A stretch of 64,000 nt of DNA from Rhynchobatus australiae (Eukaryota). Below, piece by piece: positions 13,370 to 26,632 of the stretch; position 1 is the first letter of the stretch, and each line of letters opens with the position of its first letter. A model generated the notes under the pieces. The model saw only the letters and a list, made by a program, of their open reading frames with translations, had not been told where the DNA came from and searched no databases. Both the position numbers and the translations under genes were made by a program. Location of the stretch: the NCBI GenBank assembly GCA_034780895.1, contig JAUZTB010000072.1:3893683-3957682 (forward strand). The letters run 5' to 3'.

Positions 13370-13930
13370 GTGTGGTATCATAAGTCAGAAAATTGTGGAC
13401 TTCTCCGCTCCAGATATTGAATACTGTACTTTATCCATCTGACAATGAAATTGAGCATTGTTGGAGTGCTCAATTATCTGAAGTTCCATCTTTTAGAACA
13501 TACGTTAATTAAAACATGATCCCATCTGACAACTCAGATAGACACAAAAGATTTAGGTGGTACTATTCAAAGAGTTCTACCATCATCTAGACTAGCAGTT
13601 CCCAAACTTGGGGATCATGATCCAATTTGGGTTTACGTACGTTAAAACAAAGAGTTGCAGATACACTAGACAGGTATTTTAATGCGTAGTTATACATGTT
13701 GCCTGCAGTTTTGGGGATTAAGAAAAAAAATCCAGTGTTTATATGGTGTTGTTCTAAGAAAAAGGTTGGAAAGTATTGATTTAAGCCAAAACTATTACAT
13801 ATCCACCCAAAGAGAATAACCAGCCATTTATATTATTGACTAACTTGTATATCACACATGTCTGCATCAAAAGTCACTGCTCAGCTTTAAAGCTTTCAAA
13901 GTTATGAATGATGTATAGTTCTTTATTTTG
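13370..13930 (+). mobile_element. Decayed Deu-domain SINE (SacSINE1/AmnSINE1-like) split by a MITE
   Basis: Degenerate match to the Deu core (ccatctttt...cgttaa...cccatctg...aaaagat...tactattcaaagag); the tail resumes after 13786. Confidence 0.5.
13593..13778. mobile_element. hAT-Charlie-like MITE remnant
   Basis: Ends tagcagttcccaaactt ... aaggttggaaagtattg resemble Charlie TIRs; flanked by ATCTAGAC / ATTTAAGC (5 of 8 identical; left matches the NTCTAGAN target consensus). Confidence 0.5.
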
Positions 13931-14394
13931 TGAGTTAGTAAATTTATAAATTTGATGTAGTTAACTTTAATATTAGCAAATATCAGATACAACATGACTT
14001 TTATAATTCTGGTACAAGCATAAACTTTCACAAAATAACCACACTGAAATGATATCAGTAATATAATTTTCTGTCATAAATAAAGCCTTGATCAATAGAT
14101 TCAGCAATTAAATAAAAATGTAATTTACTGCTCTTGGTTCAAGTTCACAAAAAGAATTTAATTTGCTGAAAGCATCAAATATATCCATTTCACACAAAGC
14201 CATGACAGGACGAGTATGAGTTGAACTTTCATAACATTCAAAAGGCAAAATCAAACCCTTGCCTAAATGAGAAGCACATTCCATAGTAAAATTTGCCAAG
14301 TTTTTTTCTTAGCATAAATAACTTAAAATGCTATCAATAAATTACAAGCAATACCTTTAAAATTGATATGAAAAATTGCATTTCACTGACCATT

Positions 14395-15455
14395 CTACAT
14401 GACTATGTTGCCAGATTCTGCTCTGCCTCCACCTACAAGTTTGCAGATGATACCATATCTCAAATAATGATGAGTCAGTGTACAGGAAGGAAATAGAGAG
14501 CTTAGTGACATGGCGTCAACTTTTCCCTCAATGTCAGCAAAACAAAAGAGCTGGTCATTGACTTCAGGAAGGGGAGCAGTGCACATGCACCCGTCTACAT
14601 CAATGGTGCTGAGGTCGAGAGGGTTGAGAGCTTCAAGTTCCTAGGAGTGAACATCACCAATAGCCAGTCCTGGTCCAACTATGTAGATGCCACAGCCAAA
14701 AAAAGCTCACCAGCGCCTCTACATCCTCACGAGGCTAAAGAAACTTGGCACGTCCCCTTTTTGACACTTTTATTGATGTACCACAGAAAGCATCCTATCT
14801 GGATGCGTCATGGCTTGGTATGGCAACTGCTCTGCCCAGGACTGCAAGAAACTGCAGCGAGTTGTGGACACAGCCCAGAACATCACAGAAACCAGCCTCC
14901 CCTCCATGGACTCTGTCTATACTTCTCGATGCCTCAATAAAGCAGCCAGCATAAAGACCCTACCCACCTGGGTCATTCTCTCTTCTCCTATCAGGCAGAA
15001 GATACAAATTCCTGAAAGTACACACCACCACTCAAAGACAGATTCTACTCCATTGTTTGCAGACTACTGAATGGTTTGCGAGTACGATTAGATAGACTCT
15101 TAACCTCAAAATCTACCTCGTTATGACCTTGCACCTTATTGTCTACCTGCATACACTTTCTCTGTAGCTGTGACATTTTACTCTGCAATTCTGTATTGTT
15201 TTACCTTATACTACCTCAATGCACTGTGTAATGAATTGATATGTATGAACTGTATGCAAGACACCTTTTTCGCTATACNNNNNNNNNNNNNNNNNNNNNN
15301 NNNNNNNNNNNNNNNNNNNNNNNNNNNNNNNNNNNNNNNNNNNNNNNNNNNNNNNNNNNNNNNNNNNNNNNNNNNNNNTGAATTGATATGTATGAACTGT
15401 ATGCAAGACACCTTTTTCGCTATACCTCGGTACAAGTGACAATAATAAACCAATT
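14395..15455 (+). mobile_element. Rex1/Babar-like LINE 3' fragment
   Basis: Frameshifted ORF2 remnants KTKELVIDFRK, VESFKFLGV and AWYGNCSAQDCKKLQRVV; 3' UTR ends ggtacaagtgacaataataaac. Confidence 0.85.
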
Positions 15456-17699
15456 CCAAAATTCCATTCTCCCATGATCTTAACCTATATAAATACTGAA
15501 ATATATATCATTAAAACAATTCTCCCTTTCATGAATCAACATTACACAAAATCATAATCAGCATGAACACCATGAAAGACACAGAAGATATTGCATGATG
15601 TATGTTCAAATACTTATTCTGAAATTCAACATTGGCTTTGGCTGTGATACAGAAATTCATAACCCAGTTCACAAAAGCATTCAAAATGAAGTACAAAAGG
15701 GTAATTAGCAATCATATACAGTAAGCTCAACACCTCTCATCCAACAAGCACAAGAAGAGAATGCTGAGAACACATTTCAATTGGATTCATGATTCTAATT
15801 AATTTAAGAAACTCTGATTACACTTTACTGTCTCATCTGAATTTTAGATGGAACCCTAAATATTAAGATATTGTTGCAGTGGTAGTTTAGGAACAGCGAG
15901 GGTGTAGTTACTACATTGCATACCATGGCCTAACTTGGATCTAGCTGATACCAGAATGCATTGAACCTTAAAATGAACATTCTTCTGTGAGGTTCAAACC
16001 TAATGAGCTGTAACTCTGGTCCTATGCACTTCCACATTTCTAGAAGTTAGCAATTCAATGAACTTAAGGCAACTTTTGAAACTGGAGCTGCTTTGAAACT
16101 AGAAAAGTCCCACTGCTCTCCAAATTTGAAAATTGTCTGATGGGTGCTGATGTCTATATCCAATGACATCATTCTCACTGCATACAGGTGATAGGCTGAA
16201 GTAATTCCATACAATAAGTTGGTTGGTCAACTGATTCAGTTGATAAAACTGCAGGGTCACCAACTGCAGCCTTGCAATGAAGCAGCTTCCATCGACCATC
16301 ATCATCGAGTACTTTAAAATGTCAAATTTTAAATCAAAATGAGCACCCATCACTGCTAATGAGTGACACGTGATCTAAATTCAACATTGCTATTCAGAAG
16401 AGCAAGACAGGACATAAATGAGGTGGAAGTCATAGTGGAATAAACTGATGATTGCATAGATCATTCAGAATATGGACTAAATTCAGAATAAATGTATAAA
16501 TATTACAGAGAATATAATGTTGCAACATTACATTATTGGAGAAAATGGGAATCAACTTATTTGTCTTCTATTCTGCAGCTCTTGTTAATACAGTGATCTT
16601 TTAATTAGGAATATACAATGCATCTGGTAAACAGGACAGCACTGGTACACAGTGAATCACGCTGTTCTTGCATTTCTATAATTTCAAAGTTTAATAATTC
16701 TGCTGCATTACTTTATAACTTCATTTGAAAAAAAATCCTGCCAAGATCTATTTTGGAACTCTCAGAATTCTTCTTTGAATAGTTTGCTAAACCCATCATC
16801 ATTGGTCACGACTGGAATGGAATATAATCATCTTGAATCTTTCGCAGCCAGTGGCACAATAAAAGTCTAAATCTCAACTATTCAGCGCACCGTGGTAAAA
16901 CCTTTTTAAATAGCACTCAGACCCTTACATTAAAGAATGGAATTAGAAAAAGATATCACAACGATTCCAGTGTAAATGAGAAAGACAGGTTCTTCTAGAT
17001 TCACCTTTGTTCTATAAGAAAGGGTCCATTTCACCTTCCAGTTGATTAGCACTAGCTTCAGTTTCATCATTAAACAAAACAGCCCAAATTACACTAAAAG
17101 ATTAAATTCAATCAAGCATTGAAAATTGAAACACTTTATAGAATGCCTTGTTCTGCCATTCACTACTTCACCAAAAAGGAATTTGAATTGGAGAGTGCAT
17201 AATATTTTGTTGCCTGATATTAAAGCGTCAGTGAAACGTATATACCGTAAACTGGCCTCACAGTTCAAAATGTTCTTTGCAGATATAATCAAATACAACT
17301 GCAGCTGTTACAAAATCACAGAACAGGATTCCAAGATTTACAGCAATGAGTTAAAGTTGGAAAGATTTATAAATAAAAAGAATTGTATGAATGAAGGTTA
17401 GAAATTATAACCCTTAGTTTCTTTCTCCCCATTTATTTCTGATAATAAACTCTGAATAATTTGTTTAAAGGTGGAATGTTGAAGATCATTGTGGGTAGGA
17501 GAGTTATTGAACATGCAGTTCTAATCATTTCCATCATTCATTACCTTGGAACTGCTTTTCAACACCACAGTTTAGTGATTGATAAACCTCAACCTAGGCT
17601 GAAAATAGAGATTATTTTGCTGATAATCAAAGTCAATTCAGTTAAAAGGAAATGTATTAAAATTCTTCCCTCCATCAAACCATCCAGCCACTCAACAGT

Positions 17700-19810
17700 A
17701 ACTTGATTTACAGAACACAGAATAAAGTGCAGAAGCATTATCTAGAGATGCATTAAAAATGCCAGGTCACAAAGGTATATTGGAAAGCTATCCCAAATGC
17801 TTGATCAAAGAGTTAAGTTTTAAAAAGAATTTGAGGCATGGGTAGTAGCAAGGTATTTAAGGTGAAGAGGCATAGTATTGGGAAGGTGAGCGTGGTCGTC
17901 TATAGCCACAACAGTGGAGTGGGGTGAAAGGAAGAAGGGGGTGTAGTAGAGGACAAAGGAATAAACAACCTGGAGAGAGATGGTTGTTGGTTGGTGGAGT
18001 TATCAGAAAGAGAAGAGGGAAGAAAACACAAGGATAAGAACTGTACTGCTACTTAACTGCCACATTAAACCATCTGGTCTCGATCTATCAGAGATATTTC
18101 CTTTGTTCTAAACTATCCCTTCCTATCTTCTCTGAAAATGAAAACTAACTTGCTTTCTCTTTCCCAGTTCTGATGAAGGATCCCAGATCTAAAACATTTA
18201 CTCTGTTTCTCTTTCCACAGGTGGTTCCTGACCTGCTGAGGTATTTCCAGCATTTTCTGTTTTTATTTATGATAAGAATTTTACATTGGGGGGCCAGGTG
18301 AACATGTGCCTTGGTTAAGCAGGACTTTGTGTTTTGGAGGAGCTGATGTTTGCAGAAGGTATAGGACAAAAGATTGCATGACCATAAAAACTTCCGAACA
18401 GCTGAGACTGGAGATCACAAAATTTTGGTTTAGGGTGGAGGTGGATGATGTAACTAGGTTGAAATTAGGCTGTCTTTATGATAGAGACAAAATAAGATCA
18501 GAAGCTTAGCTCAATTTAGAATTGGCCAGCTGCATTAGGCGACACTACTAATACAGGCCTGATAGTAGGTGATTGAGTAATTTCGCTATCAAACATACCT
18601 GGAAACCATACTGTTATAGACAACCAGGACTGATTTTATACAAATATAACTATACTCTGTTCATTGCTTTTTGCTGCTGCTTGCTAAGTACAAAGGCATA
18701 AACCATCTCCACTTGTGTTCCAGTCTTTTCATTATAAATTAGGGGATGCCACTATGTCAGCCAATGAGTTGGGCCACTTTTATAGCAGTGAAACAGACAG
18801 TAGTTAATTTTACAGAGAATAAAAGTTCTCAGCTAACAATGAATCTCTGAAATGATTAAGAGAGGCCAAAATTGACTGAATGCAAGGATTTCAGAAAGAT
18901 AGAGACAGAATGGGGCACAATCATGGAGAGATTTGAAAGCAAGAGTGAGAATCTTATAATCATTGCGTTGATTAACTGGCAGCCAGCATTGGGGTGATGG
19001 GTGCACAGGACGTAATTGAGACATAGGACACCAGCAAGATTATGGACAAACTTGGGTTTCTAGACTATAGCACACGAGGTCAACGAGGAATATACGGAAA
19101 TAATCAAGACTAGAAGTAATAAAATGCCTGGATATAAGTTTCAGCAGCAGATGAGCTGCGAAAAGTTGGCAGATGTAAAAGGAGTATAAAAAGGCAATCT
19201 TTATGGTCTAATCCAAAACTTGGGATCATGGCTGCAACTACCTGGTTCAGTTTTGATGGTTGCCAGGGAGAAGGATGGAGATGGTTGTTAGGAAAGATAG
19301 TTTTTGATAGGGGCTAAAGATGATGACTTTAGTCTTCCTGATATCAAGTTGGGAGAAAATGTCTGCACAGTGGGTAAATGGTCCAACAATTTAAACAGAG
19401 TGGCAAAGTCAAAGAAGTGGTGGTATCAACTTATGGAGTGTTTTGGAATGATCTTGCACAAATTCAGTATGCAGAAAAGAAATAAAAGGTCAGGGGCACA
19501 TCTTGAAGGGACACTGAAAGCAACAGTGCAAGTATGGGAAGCAAAGCCATTGCAGGTGATTCTCAGCTACGAGTGGATAAATAAGAAAGGATGATTTGCC
19601 CAAGTGGGCCAGCATGATTTGCCCAAGTGGCCAACATTGGGAAGGCAGTACAAGATATGGAAAACTTTGTCAAGGTAGGTAAAATGCAACCAGCAGTTTA
19701 AGGACACAGATTGATCTTTGTCACAGTGACCGAGGATATCGATAGAGAGTTTGATCAGGTGAATCACTACTGTGAGGGGTGCAAATCTAGGAGGGATTCA
19801 AACAATAAAT
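17700..19810 (-). mobile_element. Decayed L2-type LINE fragments (composite, with a PLE terminal repeat at ~18060-18270)
   Basis: ORF 18833..19024 contains WLPVNQRNDYKILTLAFKSLHDCAP (L2 signature); purine-rich plus strand typical of antisense L2. Confidence 0.65.
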
Positions 19811-21259
19811 TTTGGGTATATGGAACAGGGAGACACATTTCTGATGAGTCTGCTAAGTTGCTCATTTTCTGTTCCTCAATNNNNNNNNTATCTTCCCTGA
19901 CTTCTCTACTTTTAAAATTGTGCACATAACCATAACAGCACGTTTTACTAATGCACACATATTTAGTTAGACATTTTCTAATATTCAGTTACGTAATCTA
20001 ATTGCCTGAGACCAAACAATGCTCTTCTGTTCAGAATTCCCCAGCTAGGTTAGTCTCAAATTGCCATCAGGTTATGTGTGACAACTTCAAACATCTGTGT
20101 AATCTATTAAACATCAAGCAATAGATTTCTGCGAATGCAGTTTACTTAATGCAACTATTCAAGACGTGAACAATGTAAAATATGTCAACAGAGAGTACTT
20201 TTGTTATACAGGCCAACATTGGATAATATTGTTGGAGAAACTACACAGAATATTGAAAAGAGCTTCAGACAAAGTTAATGGCTTGACCTACACAATGTCT
20301 TATACTTCAACTTGTATATAAATCACTGGTAAAAGCACTCCAGAACTGTAGGGTTCTTACATCCAATATTGAATGACCAAGAGTGGCAAGTGAACCAATC
20401 ATCAGAAGAATTATTTATCAAATAAATGTAGAATTCAGGAACAAAAAAAAATCTACTGCCTGCTTTAAAATGTTTCTCAAAATTTTTACAAAATTATGTA
20501 TCATTTAGTATAATTCCAATAGTGATTATCTTGTAACCCAATTTATTTTTTAACATCGAGATGTACAAAACTGGCAGTACACTGAATGATTTAAGTTCCC
20601 CTATAGCAAAGAAACCAACTGTAAATTTATTTTACATTGATGCAGTTTAGTCTGAGATTTTAGAGTTTTGTTTCTCGATTCCACTGATAAATGTAGGAAG
20701 AGTCTGAATGGCAGCACATTAGATTACATTTTCATTCTTAGAAATCTACGTGTGTGGAAAAAGAAACTTAAAACACTCCAAGTGTACATGGGCAAAAGGT
20801 TAGCATGGGTATAAGTGGGCTGAAGGGCCCAGTTCTGTGCTGTATTGTTTAATGACTCAATTATCGCATCCTGAAGTAGAAATCCAACATGAATTAATGA
20901 ATGATAATTCTATCGCTGCAACAGTAATGAAGACTCCATATTATGAAACCTGTAACAGCTAATGATTATCTTAATCAAACTGAGACATTGACTAATTTCC
21001 AACCTGCATTCTTTCCTCTGGTTAAATGATTTAGCACCCATCACAAATCTGCCCTTTGCCGCAAAGTACATTGCTGGTGCAGTAAACTACAAAGCATTTA
21101 TTTTTACACTACAGTATATAATAATCACACATTTAGCAAGACACTTGGCATTACTTATTCTGAACAAAATAACTCCAGAATTTATAGTTTTGTCCAAAGC
21201 ACTGGAATTGTATGCTTTTTACTACTGCCTCAAAATTATCATGCAACCAATAGGTTGGA

Positions 21260-22023
21260 CTCAAAGGATTTCAATATAGATAAATGTGAGATGATGCATT
21301 TTGGAAAGTCAAAGCAGCATAGGACTTGTACTATGAACGGTAGGGCACTAGGGAGTGTAATGGAACAGAGGGACCAAGGAGTACAAATGCATGGTTCGTT
21401 GAAGGCAGCGTCACAGGTTGACAGGGTAGTGAAAAAGGCACTTAGCACGCTGGCCTTCATCAGTCAGGACACTGTGTGTAGGAGTTGGGACATTATGTTG
21501 CAGTTGTACAAATTATTGGTGAGGCCGCACTTGGACCATTGTGTACAATATTGGTCACCCTTTTATAGGAAAGACATGGTTAAGCAGGAAAGAGTGCAGA
21601 AAAGATTTACAAGGATGTTGCCAAGACTAGCCTCAGTGATAGGGAGAGGTTGGCCAGGCTAGGTCTTTATTCCTTGGAACGTAGGAGAATGAGAGGCAAC
21701 CTTACAGAAATGGTTAAAATTAAGAGAGGCATAGATAATATAAATGGTAAACAGTCTTCCCCCAGGGTAGGGGAGTCCAAAACTAGGGGGCATACGTTTA
21801 GGGTGAGGGGGGAAAGATTTAAAAAGCACCTGAGGGGCAACTTATTCAAGCAAAGGGTGGTGAGCATATGGAACAAGCTGCCAGAGGAAGTGGTTGAGGC
21901 AGGTACAATAGTTTCATTTAAACAGCACTTGGGTAGGTACATGAAGGGGCAGGGCTTAAGAGGAATACGGACTAAACACAAGAAATTGGGACTAGCTGGG
22001 TGGGCATCGTGGTCAGTGTGATG
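21260..22023 (+). mobile_element. CR1-type LINE 3' fragment (HER1-like)
   Basis: FNIDKCEMMHFG, LYKLLVRPHLDHCVQYWSP, ERVQKRFTRMLP, LERRRMRGNL, TRGH and VVSIWNKLP motifs; frameshifted. Confidence 0.92.
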
Positions 22024-23099
22024 NNNNNNNNNNNNNNNNNNNNNNNNNNNNNNNNNNNNNNNNNNNNNNNNNNNNNNNNNNNNNNNNNNNNNNNNNNNNN
22101 NNNNNNNNNNNNNNNNNNNNNNNAGATCCAGTTGGATTTGTAAATTATATACGATCTACCCAGACCATGTATGGGGCATAACCACGAGATCTTCTTTCCC
22201 TCTGTCCCCTGAAGACAATGTTAAATGGAAGACAGCAATGATGCTTTCTGCAAAGGGGCGGGGGGTGGGTGAGTGACATTGAGCCTTTTGTTTGTTATTT
22301 CACTGCATGCAAATTCACTTGACAGTGACACTGAGACAGAGATAGGCAAAGACACAAGGAACAACTTGTTGAAATCAGGCAGTACAATAGATTGGATTGT
22401 TATTCATGCTAAATTCCAGTTCTGCAGCCCATAGGATAACCAGATGAATGCAATGAGCAGTTGGCACCATTTGTCAGAGTGCATGTGTGTGTTAACACTG
22501 TTCCACTCCTTTTAAGACTGATTTAATGCTAGCAGTCCTTCAGCTGAGACAGATTGAAACTGGCTGTTCACGGTTTAACATATCTACAGAATGGGGAGCA
22601 ATTGAGGGTCTTCTGATGTGGCAGTTTAACTTAGCTACAGTATATGAAGAGATGGAAGGGCATTGTGAGCAACCAATGTCAATCAATCTCAACTGTGCGC
22701 GTTAATCAGTCCCCAAAAAAGAATAGGGAAGTGTCCAACTGCACTGATATTGCAGTTGACAACCAACATACAATGTCAACTGTTCATTGCACTCATCCAG
22801 TTAGCTCTAGGACTGGAACTTAGCATGATTATCTACTTGTGACCATATTATAGCAGAGTGCTAACACATTAGTTTCCCACAATATTCATTGGACTAAATT
22901 TAGCACTACTTTAAGTGTTTACTGCTAAGATTACATTTTGCATAAGGGAGAGGGAACATAATAGTGCTATAATTTAGCCGAGATGAAATGCCACCAAATA
23001 TACCTAACATTTTGCTCTCAGCATCAATACCACTTAAACTCTTAAAGTATAAGAGAGCTAAATTGCTTGAATCTCAATTATCCACAAGTCTATAATCAT

Positions 23100-23905
23100 A
23101 GACAGATCATTTAAACTACAGCAGCTTGCCCAACACATTTCAAAATGTCTGTTCTATTGCAAGGACAAGTAAGGGAAGGCATCACTTGTACAGCAAATGG
23201 CTTGAGGTACCAGTTACAGCGAATCATATACCTGTTGATAAATGTCAGAACAGCTCTGACAGATTAAAACTGGGCATCATTGAGGTGCTGTGGACCACCA
23301 TCATCAGCAGCAAAAATGTACACCACCACCTACAATCTCTTGGCCTGATGTATCCTGCACTTTACCATTACAACCAAACCAAGGAATTATCCCTGGTTCA
23401 ATGAAGAATGCAAAAGGGTGCAACGTCACACATACCTCAGAATGAGGTAACAAACTGATGAAGCTGCAAAACAGGGCTATATTCATGCTGAACAGCAAGC
23501 AATAAATCGAGCTGGGTAATTCCAAATCCAACCAATCAGATCAAACTCTGCAGACCTGCCACAGTTAGTGGTGAACAGTGATGGAAAACAAAATGAACAG
23601 TGGGAGGAGATTTTAAGAACTTTGCCACACTCAACAATGTCAGGGCACAACATAGGCGTCTAAAGGCATTTGCAACCACACTGAACTGGAAGCTCTTCCT
23701 GAGACCCCACCTACACAGAAGCCAGAATTCAGTCAATGTGATTCACTCCATGCAACATCAAGGAATAGCTGAGTGCCTGAACTATGAGAGCAGGCAATAT
23801 CCTAGCTGTAGTACCAACAAAATGCACTCTCCTTTTAGGAAGCTGTTCCAGTGCAGGTACAATACCAACAATGTGGAAAATTGCCCAGGTTATGACGCAG
23901 GTGTC
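23100..23905 (+). mobile_element. Decayed LINE fragment, same family as 34690-37640
   Basis: Collinear similarity with 35400-36010 (catgctgaa, atcagatcaaactctgcag, aagctgttccagtgcag, aaaattgcccaggt). A tail of the same family appears at ~24940-25215. Confidence 0.6.
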
Positions 23906-24084
23906 CACTTGAAATGTCAACCATCCTTTTGTCTCCATAGATGCTACTTGATCTGCTGAGTTCCTCCATCTTTTTGCTACAGGTTCCAGCATCTGCAGTC
24001 TCTTGCGGCTCCTGTGAACCCAGGTTAGGTCTGATTCTCAAAAAGCAGGAAAAGAATTCCAGCAGGCTTATTACTTTCAAAGCA

Positions 24085-24720
24085 AAAAAAACTAACCAGT
24101 GGAAGAACTCAGGGGATCAGGCAGTCTCTGTGGTGGTAAAGGAATACTGTAGTAAAGATATAAAGGTAATGGTGGTAAATGTTTCCGGTTGAGACCAATG
24201 TATCGGGCTGAAATAGCCATTATAAAGAGGCGAGGGAGGGGTGAGGCAGGGGCTGGCAGACAATGTGCAAGCAAGCAAAGGGGGAGATGATGGGCAGATG
24301 GAACCAGGAGGGGTGAGGGAGGGGTGGAGTTGGGAGGCAGTAGCCAGTGGGTGAGAGGTAGAAACAGATAAGGAGAGAGGGAAAAAAAAGATGGGCAGGT
24401 GGAGCTGGTGGGGGTAGAGATCGAGGCTGGAAAAGGTGATAAGTGGAACCGGATAAGGTATGGACAATGGGCAGATACAACCAGGTGGAGGAGGGGAACA
24501 ATAAAAGAAGAAAAGGCAGGCTGGGTTACCCAAAATTGGAAAATTCAATGTTTGTACCATTAGGTTGTAAACACCAGGCAGGAAATGAGGTGCAGTTCTT
24601 CTAGTTTGCATTTGGCTTCACCCTGGCACTAGGTAGTCACCTAGCAGTGACAGAGGACTGTCAGGTCAGTGTGGGAATGGGAGGGAGAGTTAAAACGACA
24701 TGCAACTGGGAGGTTAGGGT
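24085..24720 (-). mobile_element. Penelope-like element 3' end
   Basis: Minus strand encodes EAKCKLEELHLISCL/LQPNGTNIEFSNF (GIY-YIG C-terminus with frameshift), then a pyrimidine-rich UTR and the terminal repeat at ~24085-24197. Confidence 0.75.
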
Positions 24721-25219
24721 ATCCACTGCACTTGTAGCACCGCATTCAGCTGCGGCAGGAGATCTTGGGAAGGATGTGTTGACTTTGCAGAACAGATTTA
24801 TAAGACTGGTACTGAGATTCCAAATGTTTAAACTGTGAGAACTGATTATTTAAATTTTGTGGAACACCTATGCTTGTCGAGGGTGGGTGTTCCACAAAAC
24901 GGTTGGCTAGTCTACCCTTGGTCTTGCCGACGTGCAGGAGGCTACAGTGATGTGTATCTTCTATAAAATGCCCTCCAATTGCTTGCCGAGGTTACTTACT
25001 CAGAACCTCTCAAATCCATGCCCTAAACCACCTCGGAGGCCAAAGACAAAGCACATTGGCATACCATCATCCACATGTTCCCTTCCTAGTCACGTACTAT
25101 CCGGACTTGAAAATATATTTCTGTTCCTTCTTCATCAATAAGTGTAAACCCTCAAACTCCCTCCTGCAAAGCATTGTGGGTACACTTCCTCCAGATGGGC
25201 TATGATAGTTCCAGAAGAC

Positions 25220-25565
25220 AGAGGATCAGAATTAGGCCATTCGGCCCATTGCGTGTGCTCCATCTTTCAATCATGGCTAATTTTTCTTTTCAACTTCATT
25301 CTCCTGCCTTCTCCCTGTAACCCTTAACCCCCTTACCAATCAAGAACCTATCAATCTCTGCCTTAAATACACCCATTGACTAAACCCACAGCCCTTGCTT
25401 CACCACCTTCTGGCTGAAGAAATTCCTCCTCCTCTCAGTTCTAAAGGGACATCCCTTTATTCTGAGGCTGTGCCCTCGGATCCTGGACTTGCCTACTAAT
25501 GGAAACATTCTCTCCACATCCACTCCCTCCAGGCCTTTCAATATCCAGTAGGTTTCAATGAGAGA
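25220..25565 (-). mobile_element. CR1-type LINE 3' fragment
   Basis: ORF 25380..25595 has LIETYWILKGLEGVDVERMFPLVGKSRIRGHSLRIKG...RRNFFSQKVV, followed by a CR1 tail. Confidence 0.88.
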
Positions 25566-25929
25566 AGAGAATAAAAGCTCTGAAATACAGCACAACCTTC
25601 ACAAGAAGAATAGAGGAGGGGGAAAAAAACCTGCTCCAAGACATGCAAATCTAGTTCCTTAAAATGTAGCTCAACAGTAGTCCATTTTGTGTGTGGTGGA
25701 GCCCATTCAACTAAACTCATTAGCTCATAATCCCAAATCTACAGCTGTAACAATGATAGTTTTTAAACTTGATGTGGTTCAGCTTCACACTTTCTTTTCA
25801 ATAAATCATTGGACAGCATGGGTAAAGAAATATGTCTCAAATTCAGGACTGGTTATTGAAACCCTGTGTAGTAAATTTTCAATTCAACCACGTAGTGCTC
25901 AATATGCAAATGCATTCTTCACCGATTGA

Positions 25930-26250
25930 TGTGCCGCAATGGTTGTCAAGATGCAAAATTTACCATTAATTTTACTTAACGAGATTGACTCAGCAGCATT
26001 GTAAAGAGGCGACTTTCCGACATGCTCACAGTTGGCAACAATACTGAACCTCTCCCACTGCTAAAAAATTCATGCACATTGAAAAAAAAATTAACACCTG
26101 CAACTTCANNNNNNNNNNNNNNNNNNNNNNNNNNNNNNNNNNNNNNNNNNNNNNNNNNNNNNNNNNNNNNNNNNNNNNNNNNNNNNNNNNNNGCAAGTGC
26201 TTCAAACCCAAAGACAAATAGTGCTTTAATTTCCTTAATTTCAAAAAAAA
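25930..26250 (+). promoter_or_regulatory. Putative ANGPTL7 proximal promoter / 5'UTR
   Basis: Non-repetitive sequence directly upstream of the ATG; TGACTCAGCA (AP-1/ARE-type) at 25986-25995 and GCGACTTTCC (kB-like, one mismatch) at 26009-26018. Partly lost in an N gap. Confidence 0.4.
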
Positions 26251-26632
26251 ATGCCAGACAAAACTTTCCTCTGGTTTTTCTCATTAATTTTTCTGCTCTG
26301 CAACTTTCCCCCATGCTCCAGCCGGGTTCAGAAAGCACCCCGGCGAAGGGGGGCTGCAGGAGGGGTGAACCTCCCCAAGCTCATTACCTGCTGCGATGAG
26401 CTGAAAGAGCTGAAGGTTCAGGTGGCAAACCTGACGGGCCTTCTTGCCGAGCTTAGCAGGAAACAGGAGACTGACTGGATAAATGTCGTCATGCAGATGA
26501 TGGAAGTGGAGAACAGCTGTCGTCAGATTGAATCCCGTATTACAGAAGCTGAAGGAAAATACTCTGAAGTGAACAATCGGATCGACATTATTCAGCTTCA
26601 GGCAGCTCAAACAGTCACACAGACATCGGCAG
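26251..26632 (+). CDS. ANGPTL7: ANGPTL7 exon 1 coding part (signal peptide + coiled coil), 382 bp
   Basis: ATG 26251; hydrophobic N-terminus, then CCDELKELKVQVANLTGLL...QLQAAQTVTQTSA typical of ANGPTL7; donor G|gtaagg (phase 1). Confidence 0.96.

Noticed and set aside
21255-22021. Protein-coding gene from 135-aa and 123-aa ORFs
   Set aside because: Frameshifted CR1 ORF2 C-terminus, 5'-truncated; not a host gene.
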